A DNA stretch of 64,000 nt, taken from assembly GCA_900319635.1 (NCBI GenBank), contig ONPF01000014.1:21009-85008 (forward strand), given 5' to 3'. This document shows, one piece after another, positions 8,260 through 16,540 of the stretch. Source of the DNA: an uncultured Eubacteriales bacterium. Lineage in GTDB: Bacteria; Bacillota; Clostridia; Oscillospirales; Oscillospiraceae. The number at the start of each line of letters is the position of its first letter. The stretch's first letter is position 1. The notes beneath the pieces were generated by a model that did not search any database, was not told where the DNA came from, and was given only the letters and a program-made list of their open reading frames with translations. A program made the position numbers and the translations under genes.

Positions 8260-10118
8260 TTTTTCTCCTCTCCAAAATCGCATATGAGCCATTTGAAGGC
8301 TCCGGGCAGCAGCTCCACGGCAAACTTGTCCGCTTTTTCGCCGGTCAGCAGATCATGGAAAGAGCCCATCTCGTCTACCCATATCCGCTTCTCCGTCTCG
8401 GAAAAATTAAAGAGCGCCACCAGCTTTTCGCCCTGATGATAGCGGCCGATGCCCAGCACGCCGTCGTTTCCGGTGTTCACGATCCAGACGTCCGCCGCGC
8501 CGTCAAAGACCCGGTGGGAGGCGCGCAGGCTCTCCAGCTGCCGGATGCCGGCAAAGAGCTTCCCCTCCGGCGTCTCCGGGTCGTGCCGCAGCTCGGCGGC
8601 CTTCCAGTTCATGTCGCCCCGGTGGAGGTAGCGGCTGTCGGCGGCCTTCAGGGGATCGTCATGGTAGCTGTAATCGTTCTCCTGGCCGATCTCGTCCCCG
8701 CTGTAGAGCACCGGGATGCCGGAGAGGGTGAACATGTAGGCGTGCAGCATCAGATCCAGCCGCAGCGCCCAATCGAGCATGGCGCCGTTCCCCTCTTTCC
8801 GGGCGGTCTCCACGCCGCAGAGAGAGGCCGTAGTGCCGCAGAGGCGGGCGTCCCCCAGGCGGGGATCGTCGTTATAGAGCTCTCCCCTGGCAGGGCTGCC
8901 GGGCCACTTGCCGGTCAGATAGTCGTTGAGGAACTTTTTGTGCGGCACTTCTCCCATGCCGAACCAGCCCAGGAAACCGTAATCCAAGCCCCAGCCGATG
9001 TCGTCATGGCAGCGCAGATAGTTCAGAAAGCCGTATTCCTTCGGCAGCGCGAACACCTGTCCCAGCTGGTGCCGCAGCAGGCGCACATCCTTTGTGGCCA
9101 CCGTGTGCCAGGTGCTGGCCATGGTAGTCACATTGTACAAAAGATGGCACTCCGGTTTGTCTACCGTGCCGAAATAAGGCACCACCTTGCTGGGCTCCAT
9201 CACCACCTCGCCCAGCAGCAGCGTTCCGGGGCAGACGATCTCGCAGGCCAGGCGCATGAGGCGCACCAGGCTATGTACCTGGGGCAGGTTGCGGCAGCTG
9301 GTGCCCAGCTCCTTCCAGATATAGGGCACCGCGTCCAGGCGGATGATGTCCACGCCCTGATTGCAGAGAAAGAGCATATTCTCCGTCATGTCGTTAAAGA
9401 CCGCCGGATTAGCGTAGTTCAGATCCCACTGGTAGGGGTAGAAGGTGGTCATGACCACCTTGCGCGCCTCCTGGTTCCAGGTGGAGTTCCCCGGCGCGGT
9501 GGTGGGAAACACCTGGGGCACCGTCTTCTCATAACGAATGGGGATCTCCCAGTCGTCAAACATGAAGTAGCGCTCCTGATACGCCCGCTCCCCGGCGCGT
9601 GCTCTCCGCGCCCAGGCGTGATCCTCGCTGGTGTGGTTCATCACAAAGTCCAGGCAAACGGAGATGCCGCGCCCATGGCAGTCCTCCGCCAGGGCGGCCA
9701 GATCCGCCATTGTTCCCAGCTCCGGCTGCACCTTGCGGAAATCCGAGACGGCATAGCCGCCGTCGCTGCGCCCCTCGGGGCTTTCCAGCAGGGGCATCAG
9801 ATGCAGGTAGTTGACCCCGCATTCTTCGATATAGTCCAGCTTTTCCCGAACGCCTTGCAGCGTTCCGGCGAAGGCCTTGACATACATCAGCATGCCCACA
9901 AGGTCATGTCCCTTGTACCAGCCGCTGTTGCGCTCCCGTTCCGCGTCCAGAGCCTTCAAACTCTCGCTGCGCGCATCATACATGCGCCGCAGCATTGCGA
10001 TGCAATGCTGATATGCCTGCTCATCGCCGGGATAGAGCGTCTGGAAGAGCTGCTTCAGCTCCTGCTCATGCCGACGGAATCTGTTTTGGAAAACCCGGGT
10101 CGGGTCTTTGTGTCCCAT
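8256..10118 (-). CDS. GH13 amylosucrase-type alpha-glucan/sucrose-acting enzyme
   Basis: It is collinear with recalled Neisseria amylosucrase: YLHLMPL..DGGYAVSD, DFVMNHTS, GVDIIRLDAVPYIW (nucleophile Asp), LLGEVV (acid/base Glu), LRCHDDIGW. The start ATG at 10118 is preceded by AGGAGGG. Confidence 0.85.
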   Translation of the reverse strand: MGHKDPTRVFQNRFRRHEQELKQLFQTLYPGDEQAYQHCIAMLRRMYDARSESLKALDAERERNSGWYKGHDLVGMLMYVKAFAGTLQGVREKLDYIEECGVNYLHLMPLLESPEGRSDGGYAVSDFRKVQPELGTMADLAALAEDCHGRGISVCLDFVMNHTSEDHAWARRARAGERAYQERYFMFDDWEIPIRYEKTVPQVFPTTAPGNSTWNQEARKVVMTTFYPYQWDLNYANPAVFNDMTENMLFLCNQGVDIIRLDAVPYIWKELGTSCRNLPQVHSLVRLMRLACEIVCPGTLLLGEVVMEPSKVVPYFGTVDKPECHLLYNVTTMASTWHTVATKDVRLLRHQLGQVFALPKEYGFLNYLRCHDDIGWGLDYGFLGWFGMGEVPHKKFLNDYLTGKWPGSPARGELYNDDPRLGDARLCGTTASLCGVETARKEGNGAMLDWALRLDLMLHAYMFTLSGIPVLYSGDEIGQENDYSYHDDPLKAADSRYLHRGDMNWKAAELRHDPETPEGKLFAGIRQLESLRASHRVFDGAADVWIVNTGNDGVLGIGRYHQGEKLVALFNFSETEKRIWVDEMGSFHDLLTGEKADKFAVELLPGAFKWLICDFGEEKK

Positions 10119-10224
10119 ATGAAATTCCCTCCTGCTTCTCTCTGTACCGGCATCATACCATAAGTTTTCCAATTAGGAAAGAGCCTGTTGCAGCGGAATA
10201 CAGTTTCTGCTGCAGCAGGCCCTC

Positions 10225-10261
10225 ATAGCCTGCCGGAGTTCCCGGCAGGCTATGCTTTTTT
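10225..10261. terminator. Terminator-like hairpin with its T-tract on the plus strand
   Basis: 12-bp stem atagcctgccgg/ccggcaggctat followed by gctttttt. It lies between two minus-strand genes, so its orientation is odd. Confidence 0.5.
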
Positions 10262-10263
10262 CT

Positions 10264-11372
10264 TTAGCCGGCGATCAGATACACCACTACCGCGGCAACG
10301 GTGCTGGTAAGACCGATGAGCGCCTCAAAGGGAATGAGTTTCATGCGCTTGGAGATGCTCATCCCCACAGCGCCGCCGGTGGCGTGGAAGAAGGAGCCGT
10401 GGGGCAGGGAATCCACAACGGTGGCGCCTGCGTGGATCATGGCCGCGGCTGCCAGAGCGGGGACGGAAGCCGCCAGGAGCGGCTCGGCGAAGGTCTGAGC
10501 TGCAACGGTGGCGCCGGCGGTGGTGGAGGCGGTCGCCCCGGCCATCAGCACGCCGGAGAGGGGCGCCAGGATGAAGGCAGGCATATGCATGGCCTCCAGG
10601 AGCTTGATGACATCGGTCTGAAGCGCGGAGGCCTTGATGATGCCGGCGATGGTGCCGGTGCCGATCAGCAGGATGGAGACGCCAGAGGTCCCAGAATTGC
10701 AGAAAAGAAGCCGGGCAGCTTCTGGTTGTCACTCCCCTCCAGATCCTTTGCGGTGATGGGATCGTCCTTCTTCCGGGTCAGCAGCGAGGCAAGCAGAATG
10801 GTCGCAGCCAGGGCAAAGAGCGCGGGGATGATATTCCTCATCATCACAGAGGTCAGCGGCTGCTCAAAAGCCTCAGATACAGCGATGGTATTGGGGTTTG
10901 GAGAGACGATATTGCCCGCCTTGCCGCCGCCGATCATGGCAAGCAGCACGCCGCTCTTGGAGAGGCCGGCCTTCTTGCCGATGGCCAGGGCGATGGGGGC
11001 CACAGTGATGACGGAGATGTCGATGAAGACGCCCACCGCGCAGATGATCATGGTGGCAATGGCAATGGCGATCACGGCAAAGCGCTCGCCCAGCTTGTCC
11101 ACGATGGTCTCCGCGATCTTCTGGGCGGAGCCGGTTTTGATGAGGGCGCCGGCCAGGATGCCGCTGGTCAGAATACGCAGGACGGAGGACATCATGGAGC
11201 CCGCGCCGCTGACCATGGTGTTGACGGTATTTACCAGTCCACCGCCGCCGATCAGGCCGCCGATCAGGGCGCCGAGGATCAGGCAGTAGGCCGGAGCAAT
11301 TTTGCGGATAATCAGAACGATCGAGATGGCAAGCCCGATCAGGGCGCCCAAAGTAGTGAACTGTGCATCCAT
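10264..11372 (-). pseudogene. GntP-family (gluconate/glycerate:H+) permease, split by a 1-nt frameshift near 10680..10683
   Basis: ORF 10665..11372 ends ..FFSAILGPLASPSC*. The reading VSILLIGTGTIAGIIKASALQTDVIKLLEAMHMPAF.. continues in another frame into ORF 10264..10590. Joined, the two form one normal-length permease. Confidence 0.7.
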
Positions 11373-11389
11373 CTGTTTTTCCCCTTTCC

Positions 11390-12526
11390 TTATCGGATCG
11401 CCAGCAGGCGGAACACCTGCTCCACCGTATCGGCCATGTTCTTATGGGCATTCGCAGAGTCCATTGCCTCCTGCAGCGTCACGACGCCCCGCAGGATGGG
11501 GAAGAAAGCGTCGATCCCGTGCTCGTTGCAGGCCACGGCGTCCGGTGTCACACAGCCGGCAAAGGCCACCACGGGCTTCCCGTGCTTTTTGGCGATTTCG
11601 GCCACGCCGATGGGCGCCTTGCCCATGACGGTCTGTCCGTCCAGACGGCCCTCGCCGGTGATGACGATGTCGGCGTCCTTCACGAATTCCTCCAGCCGCG
11701 TCTCCTCCAGCACGATCTTGATGCCGGATTCCAGCACCGCGTTTGTAAAGCTCAGGAAAGCAAAGCCCAGGCCGCCGGCAGCGCCGGTTCCGGGCACCTT
11801 GCGGTCCGCCTTGGGGTTAATGTCCCTGGCCAGCTCCGCGTAGGCCTTCAGCCACTTGTCCATTTGCAGGATCATGGAAGGCGTTGCGCCCTTCTGGGGG
11901 CCATAGATGGCGCTGGCGCCTTTCTCCCCGCAGAGGGGATTGGTCACGTCACAAGCGACGCGAAAGGCGCAGTCCTTCAGTTCAGGCAGCACGCCCTCGG
12001 TGGTGATGCGCTTCAGTTCCTGCAGTCCCTGCGCCCCAAAGGCCACCTGTTCGCCCGCTTCATTCAGCATCCCGTAGCCCAGAGCCTGGAGCATGCCCAC
12101 ACCGCCGTCATTGGTGGCGCTTCCGCCGATACCGACGATGAAGTGGCGGCAGCCCTTCCGGATGGCGTCGCAGATCATTTCGCCCACGCCGTAGGTGGTG
12201 GTGCAGAGGGGGTTCCGCTCCCCTTCCGGCACCAGGGTGATCCCCGCCGCGGCGGACATCTCCACAATGGCGGTGACGCCGTCGGCCAAAATGCCGTACT
12301 GCGCTTCGATCTTTTTGCCCAGCGGTCCGGTCACGCTCACGGTCTGGAGCTCGCCTCCCATGCCGATGGTCAGGGCCTCCACGGTGCCCTCTCCACCGTC
12401 CGCCAGGGGGCGCACCTGCACCACCGCGTCCTTGTATACCCGCAGGATCCCGGTGCGAATGGCGTCGCCTGCTTGCAGAGAACTGAGGCTCCCCTTCAGG
12501 GAATCAATGGCAACTACTGCTTTCAT
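11390..12526 (-). CDS. glxK: Glycerate kinase
   Basis: MKAVVAIDSLKGSLSS..PLADGGEGTVEAL.. is typical of the GlxK/GarK family (378 aa). Confidence 0.9.
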   Translation of the reverse strand: MKAVVAIDSLKGSLSSLQAGDAIRTGILRVYKDAVVQVRPLADGGEGTVEALTIGMGGELQTVSVTGPLGKKIEAQYGILADGVTAIVEMSAAAGITLVPEGERNPLCTTTYGVGEMICDAIRKGCRHFIVGIGGSATNDGGVGMLQALGYGMLNEAGEQVAFGAQGLQELKRITTEGVLPELKDCAFRVACDVTNPLCGEKGASAIYGPQKGATPSMILQMDKWLKAYAELARDINPKADRKVPGTGAAGGLGFAFLSFTNAVLESGIKIVLEETRLEEFVKDADIVITGEGRLDGQTVMGKAPIGVAEIAKKHGKPVVAFAGCVTPDAVACNEHGIDAFFPILRGVVTLQEAMDSANAHKNMADTVEQVFRLLAIR

Positions 12527-12582
12527 GTCGATTGTTCCTTTCTTAACCTGATATCTGCTAGAAAACTTGGGTTCTTTTCGGC

Positions 12583-12815
12583 CAGAATTGCGTCATGCTT
12601 CCTTGAAGCCCTTGATCATATATTTCCATCAAGCTCTGCTGCTTCGCCACGCTTGGTAAAATTCTGACTTGAAATCTTATACTAATCTCTAATAGAAATC
12701 AGACAATCTTTGCGGCTGGAATTGCGCCATGCTTCGTTGCTTCCCTTGACCATATATCTCCATTATGCTCTGCGGGAAGCGCCTCGCCTGTCACAATTCT
12801 GCCTCGGAAATCTTT
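12583..12815. mobile_element. MITE-like repeat, tandem/nested copies B1 (diverged core, 12583..12678) and B2 (12679..12815)
   Basis: B2 begins with the terminal repeat atactaatctctaatagaaa. It carries the longest version of the core and is 100% identical to copy A over 62 nt and to copy C over 72 nt. B1 is a diverged core, roughly three-quarters identical by eye. Confidence 0.6.
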
Positions 12816-12899
12816 CTTGTCTTCTGTACTGCCGGGAGGGGCAAGCCCCTCCCCTACGGCGGCGACAGGGATGTACGCGTATTTTGCAGCAGGCCCAGC

Positions 12900-14114
12900 T
12901 TAAATCTGATAAGCCCACAGCGTCAGCGAGACGTAGAAAACCAGCATCCCGCCGAAGATCAGCGCCTGCTTCAGCCGGTGAGCGGTGAGCAGGCCCACAA
13001 ATTCCCGCACCGCCGCGTTGGGCCAGAAATACCACCTGGTGTCCGCCCCCATGCCCAGCGCCCGCATCTTCACCCGCCGGGCGCAAAGGCCGCCGCGAAA
13101 CACATGGTAGTTGGTGGTGGCAAAGGCCACCTTCCCTTCCGGATTGATCGCCCAGATCTTCTCCTTGGAGAACTTCATGTTCTCCATGGTATCCGTGGAG
13201 CGATCCTCCTCCACGATGCGCTCCTCCGGCACCCCCTGCTCCAGCAGGTAGCGCTTCATGGAGGCGCTCTCGGAGATGGGCTCGTCCGGCCCCCGGCCGC
13301 CGGAGGTCACAAAGATCAGATCCCTGCCGGTCTGCGCCTTCTGCTTCGCGGCAAAGTCCAGCGCCCGGTCGATCCTCCCCCGCAGCAGGGGCGAGGGCGT
13401 GCCGTCCTTGCGGATGCCGCAGCCCAGGATGATGAGGAAATCCTTATCCGGCTCCGGCTCATAGCGGGCGGCGATGCTGTCCGCCACGATGGCACCGATG
13501 AGCATGCATTCAAAATAGAGATAGACCGCGGCGAAGAGGTTTGCAAAGAGATCGTGGACCATGACCTCCTCCCGGCTGCCGGAGGCATAGCGGTCAAAGA
13601 AGAACAAAAACAGCACCCCGCCCACCAGCAGAAAAGAGAGGATGATCCCCAGCACGTTTACGAGCCGCTTCCCCTCGTGCCGGATCAGCGAGATATTGGA
13701 GACGCAGAGCGCCGCGGAGAAGCACAGCAGGAAGGGCGCGGACAGGAGGATATAGTTCTTGGCCGAACCCAGCAGAATGTGCAGAACCGACTCCAACCGA
13801 TACTCCAGCGGAAGGCGGATCAGCTGCACGGTGAGGTAGATCTGCATGATCAGCACCGACAGCAGGAACAGGGCAAAGCCCATGTAATAGATCGTGTTGT
13901 AGGAGTAGGGGTTATACTGCAGCTGCTTGAACCAGGCTGCCACCAGCTGGATCAGCGCCGCCAGCAGATAGACCGCGATCAGCACGCTGATGGGCACCGC
14001 GTATTGTTCCGCCCCGCCGTGGATCAGCAGGAACAGAATGACCCCGACGAAAAGCGCCTGGATCAGCAGGTTATAGAGCTTGGGCTTTTTGTTTCGGGTA
14101 TCGAATTTCAGCAA
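12900..14114 (-). CDS. Multi-pass membrane protein with C-terminal DUF218 (YdcF/SanA/ElyC-like) domain
   Basis: Hydrophobic N-terminal half, then FLIILGCGIRKDGTPSPLLRGRIDRAL..FVTSGG..SESASMKRYL. It overlaps the upstream gene by 7 nt. Confidence 0.75.
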   Translation of the reverse strand: MLKFDTRNKKPKLYNLLIQALFVGVILFLLIHGGAEQYAVPISVLIAVYLLAALIQLVAAWFKQLQYNPYSYNTIYYMGFALFLLSVLIMQIYLTVQLIRLPLEYRLESVLHILLGSAKNYILLSAPFLLCFSAALCVSNISLIRHEGKRLVNVLGIILSFLLVGGVLFLFFFDRYASGSREEVMVHDLFANLFAAVYLYFECMLIGAIVADSIAARYEPEPDKDFLIILGCGIRKDGTPSPLLRGRIDRALDFAAKQKAQTGRDLIFVTSGGRGPDEPISESASMKRYLLEQGVPEERIVEEDRSTDTMENMKFSKEKIWAINPEGKVAFATTNYHVFRGGLCARRVKMRALGMGADTRWYFWPNAAVREFVGLLTAHRLKQALIFGGMLVFYVSLTLWAYQI

Positions 14115-14980
14115 GGCTGTTCCTTTCTCACCTGGTCCAGAAAACGCCGGAGGCCCTCCGGCCCCTCGGCTGCGTCCTCCAGACCCGTGTCGCCCAGGGC
14201 GATCATCTTGTTCTTTCCGTGGTAGTCGCTCCCCGCCGTGACATAAAGCCCGTAGCGCTGGGCGAAGTCCAGCATCTCCCGGTTGAGCTTTCCCGTGAAG
14301 CCGGAATAGTAGGCCTCCACGCCCTGCAGCCCCCGCTCCATCAGCCAGCGGAGCCGCTGATCCATCTCCTCGCCCAGGATGAGCTGATCTCCGTCTCCGT
14401 AGGAGGGGTGCGCCAGCACCGGGATGCCTCCGGCGCCCAGGATGCCGGCGATGGCCTGCTCCGGGCGGAGAAAATCGCTGCGGATGTGGAGCTGGTTGAT
14501 ATACTCCTTGATGGCCTGCTCCTTCGAGCGGGCATAGCCGTACTTGACCATCAGGTTCCCGATATGGGGCTTGCCGGGGTTATCCTGGGCCATGAGCCAG
14601 CGCAGCTCCTCCTCGGGAAAAGAGACGCCGAAGCGCTCCCGCAGGAAATCCAGCCTGGCGCGCAGCTTCCGCATGCGCATCCCGTGGCCGGTCTCCACCA
14701 GCTGCCGGATGGACTCCGCCCGGGGATCGTAGCCGTAGCCCAGGATATGGTACTTCCCCTTTTCGTCCCGGCAGGAAAACTCCGCCCCCGGGAGGAAGGC
14801 GGGGTCCCCCTCCCGCAGCAGCTCCAGCATGGTCACGCAGCCCTTGATGGCGTCGTGATCGGTGAGGGCAAAGAGCTGGAGCCCGACCTCCTTGACCCGG
14901 TCCAGGAGCTGGGCCGGACTGTCGCTTCCGTCGGAAACGCTGCTGTGCATATGAAGATCGATCTTGTGCGGAATTCTCAT
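14108..14980 (-). CDS. PHP-domain metal-dependent phosphoesterase (TrpH/YciV-like)
   Basis: IDLHMHSSVSDGS, ALTDHD, AHP, SDYHG motifs; 290 aa. Confidence 0.85.
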   Translation of the reverse strand: MRIPHKIDLHMHSSVSDGSDSPAQLLDRVKEVGLQLFALTDHDAIKGCVTMLELLREGDPAFLPGAEFSCRDEKGKYHILGYGYDPRAESIRQLVETGHGMRMRKLRARLDFLRERFGVSFPEEELRWLMAQDNPGKPHIGNLMVKYGYARSKEQAIKEYINQLHIRSDFLRPEQAIAGILGAGGIPVLAHPSYGDGDQLILGEEMDQRLRWLMERGLQGVEAYYSGFTGKLNREMLDFAQRYGLYVTAGSDYHGKNKMIALGDTGLEDAAEGPEGLRRFLDQVRKEQPC

Positions 14981-14983
14981 CTG

Positions 14984-16540
14984 TTATCCCAATTTCTTCT
15001 TCAGCGTCAGAATATTCTGGCCGCCTCTGTATTCATAGCTCACGTCGTCCATGAGCTTTTTGGTCAAAAACACGCCCAGGCCGCCGATCTGCCGCTTCTC
15101 CGCAGGCAGCTTGGTATTGGGATCGGCCTTGGCCAGCGGATCGTAGGGGACGCCGTGATCCAGGAAGGTGATCGTCACGGTGACAGGCTCCTCGGAGACC
15201 TCCACACGGATCTTGGTCTTCCCCGTCTCCGGCGCGTAGGCATAGCTGGCGATGTTCACGAAGATCTCCTCCACCGCCACGCCGATCTGCATCTCCGCCC
15301 TGGCGGGGCAGTCCGCCGCCTCCAGATGCTCCTCCACAAAGGACTGCAGCTCCTGCAGATTCTCCGGCACGGCGTCCAGCTCCAGCTCATTGGCGTTGAA
15401 GAGCAGGGTGTCCGTCTCCGCCAGCAGCTCCAGCAGACTTGCTTTCCAATGCTCCACATCCGCCCGGCGCTCCGGATCCTCCAGTCCGTAACGGCGGATG
15501 GTGCGGCGGATCAGGCGGGTGTAGCCGACGATCCGCGCCTTATTCTCCACCTCGCGGATCTTGGTCTCGCTGCTGGTGCCCAGGTAGGCCGCCAGCGCCT
15601 TGTGGAAGAAGGTCGCGCCGATTTCATAATCGAAGCCCTGGAATTTTTTGATGACCTCGTGATCCCGCTCCGAGAAGCCGATAAAGGAGTTGTACATGCT
15701 GCCCAGCTCGAAGATCGGGTGCCCCACCGCCAGGGTGTCCATGTCGATGAGCAGCACCTCGTCGTTCTGGAGCTCCAGATTCCTGGTGTGGTAATCCCCA
15801 TGGATCATGTGATCGTCATGGGGAACCTCCCGGATCATGGCGAGCAGCTTCTCCCCCGCCTCCTCCGGCAGATAGTCCTTGGTAAAGTTCGCCCAATTCA
15901 GCGCCGTCTCCTTCATATCCGGCAGCTTTCCGGCGGGGACCAGGGTGCCGTGGATCTTCTTGAGCATGCCCACGAATTCCTTGACGCACCAGTCCATCTT
16001 CTCCGGCTCTCTGGCCAGGATCTTGGCGAAGGAGCGGGCGTTGAGCAGTTCAAACACCGAGCCGTAGCTGTCCCCCACCTTCACGACATCATAGGAGATG
16101 GCCGTGGGAATGCCCAGGATCAGCGCCATCTTTGCCATTTCCCGCTCGTGCTGAATATCCTGCAGCGCGTCGGCGTTCTTATAGACCTTCACCACGTTGT
16201 CCTGGTCGATGCGGTAGAGCTTGCCGTTGGCGCCGCGGCCGATCTCCTCGCAGCCCTCGATGGACACCACGCGGTAGGCCTTCTCCACGGTCATCATCTC
16301 GGTGAAGCCGGTCATGTCCAGGATCTCGTAGACCTCGGGGCTGACATTGACGATGCGCATGGCGGGGTTGGTTTTCCGAATGCGCAGCAGCACCCGCAGC
16401 CCGGCGCTGGAAATGTATTCCAGTTCAGCCGCGTCCAGCACGAGGGAAGTCTTGTCCCCCTGTTCTATCTGCTTCAAAACGCTCTGCTCCACGGCGGAGG
16501 CGTTGTTGGAATCAATTCTTCCGTTCAGCTTGATCGTCAT
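14984..16540 (-). CDS. Triple-domain fusion: STAS (anti-sigma antagonist) + APH/choline-kinase-like kinase + RsbW/SpoIIAB-like GHKL serine kinase
   Basis: aa 1-95: STAS with LEYISSAGLRVLL. aa ~100-370: IGRGANGKLY, VVKVYK, HGDYHTRN (HxDxxxxN), LIDMD. aa ~385-518: EEIFVNIASYA (N-box), DHGVPYDP, IGGLGVFL. Confidence 0.85.
   Translation of the reverse strand: MTIKLNGRIDSNNASAVEQSVLKQIEQGDKTSLVLDAAELEYISSAGLRVLLRIRKTNPAMRIVNVSPEVYEILDMTGFTEMMTVEKAYRVVSIEGCEEIGRGANGKLYRIDQDNVVKVYKNADALQDIQHEREMAKMALILGIPTAISYDVVKVGDSYGSVFELLNARSFAKILAREPEKMDWCVKEFVGMLKKIHGTLVPAGKLPDMKETALNWANFTKDYLPEEAGEKLLAMIREVPHDDHMIHGDYHTRNLELQNDEVLLIDMDTLAVGHPIFELGSMYNSFIGFSERDHEVIKKFQGFDYEIGATFFHKALAAYLGTSSETKIREVENKARIVGYTRLIRRTIRRYGLEDPERRADVEHWKASLLELLAETDTLLFNANELELDAVPENLQELQSFVEEHLEAADCPARAEMQIGVAVEEIFVNIASYAYAPETGKTKIRVEVSEEPVTVTITFLDHGVPYDPLAKADPNTKLPAEKRQIGGLGVFLTKKLMDDVSYEYRGGQNILTLKKKLG

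Noticed and set aside
12710-12988. A 92-aa ORF and related ORFs at 45908..46141 and 2146..2463 that share the peptide LTIYLHYALREAPRLSQFCLGNLS.
   Set aside because: The shared peptide is simply the translation of the MITE-like repeat core. The flanks are unrelated and intergenic.
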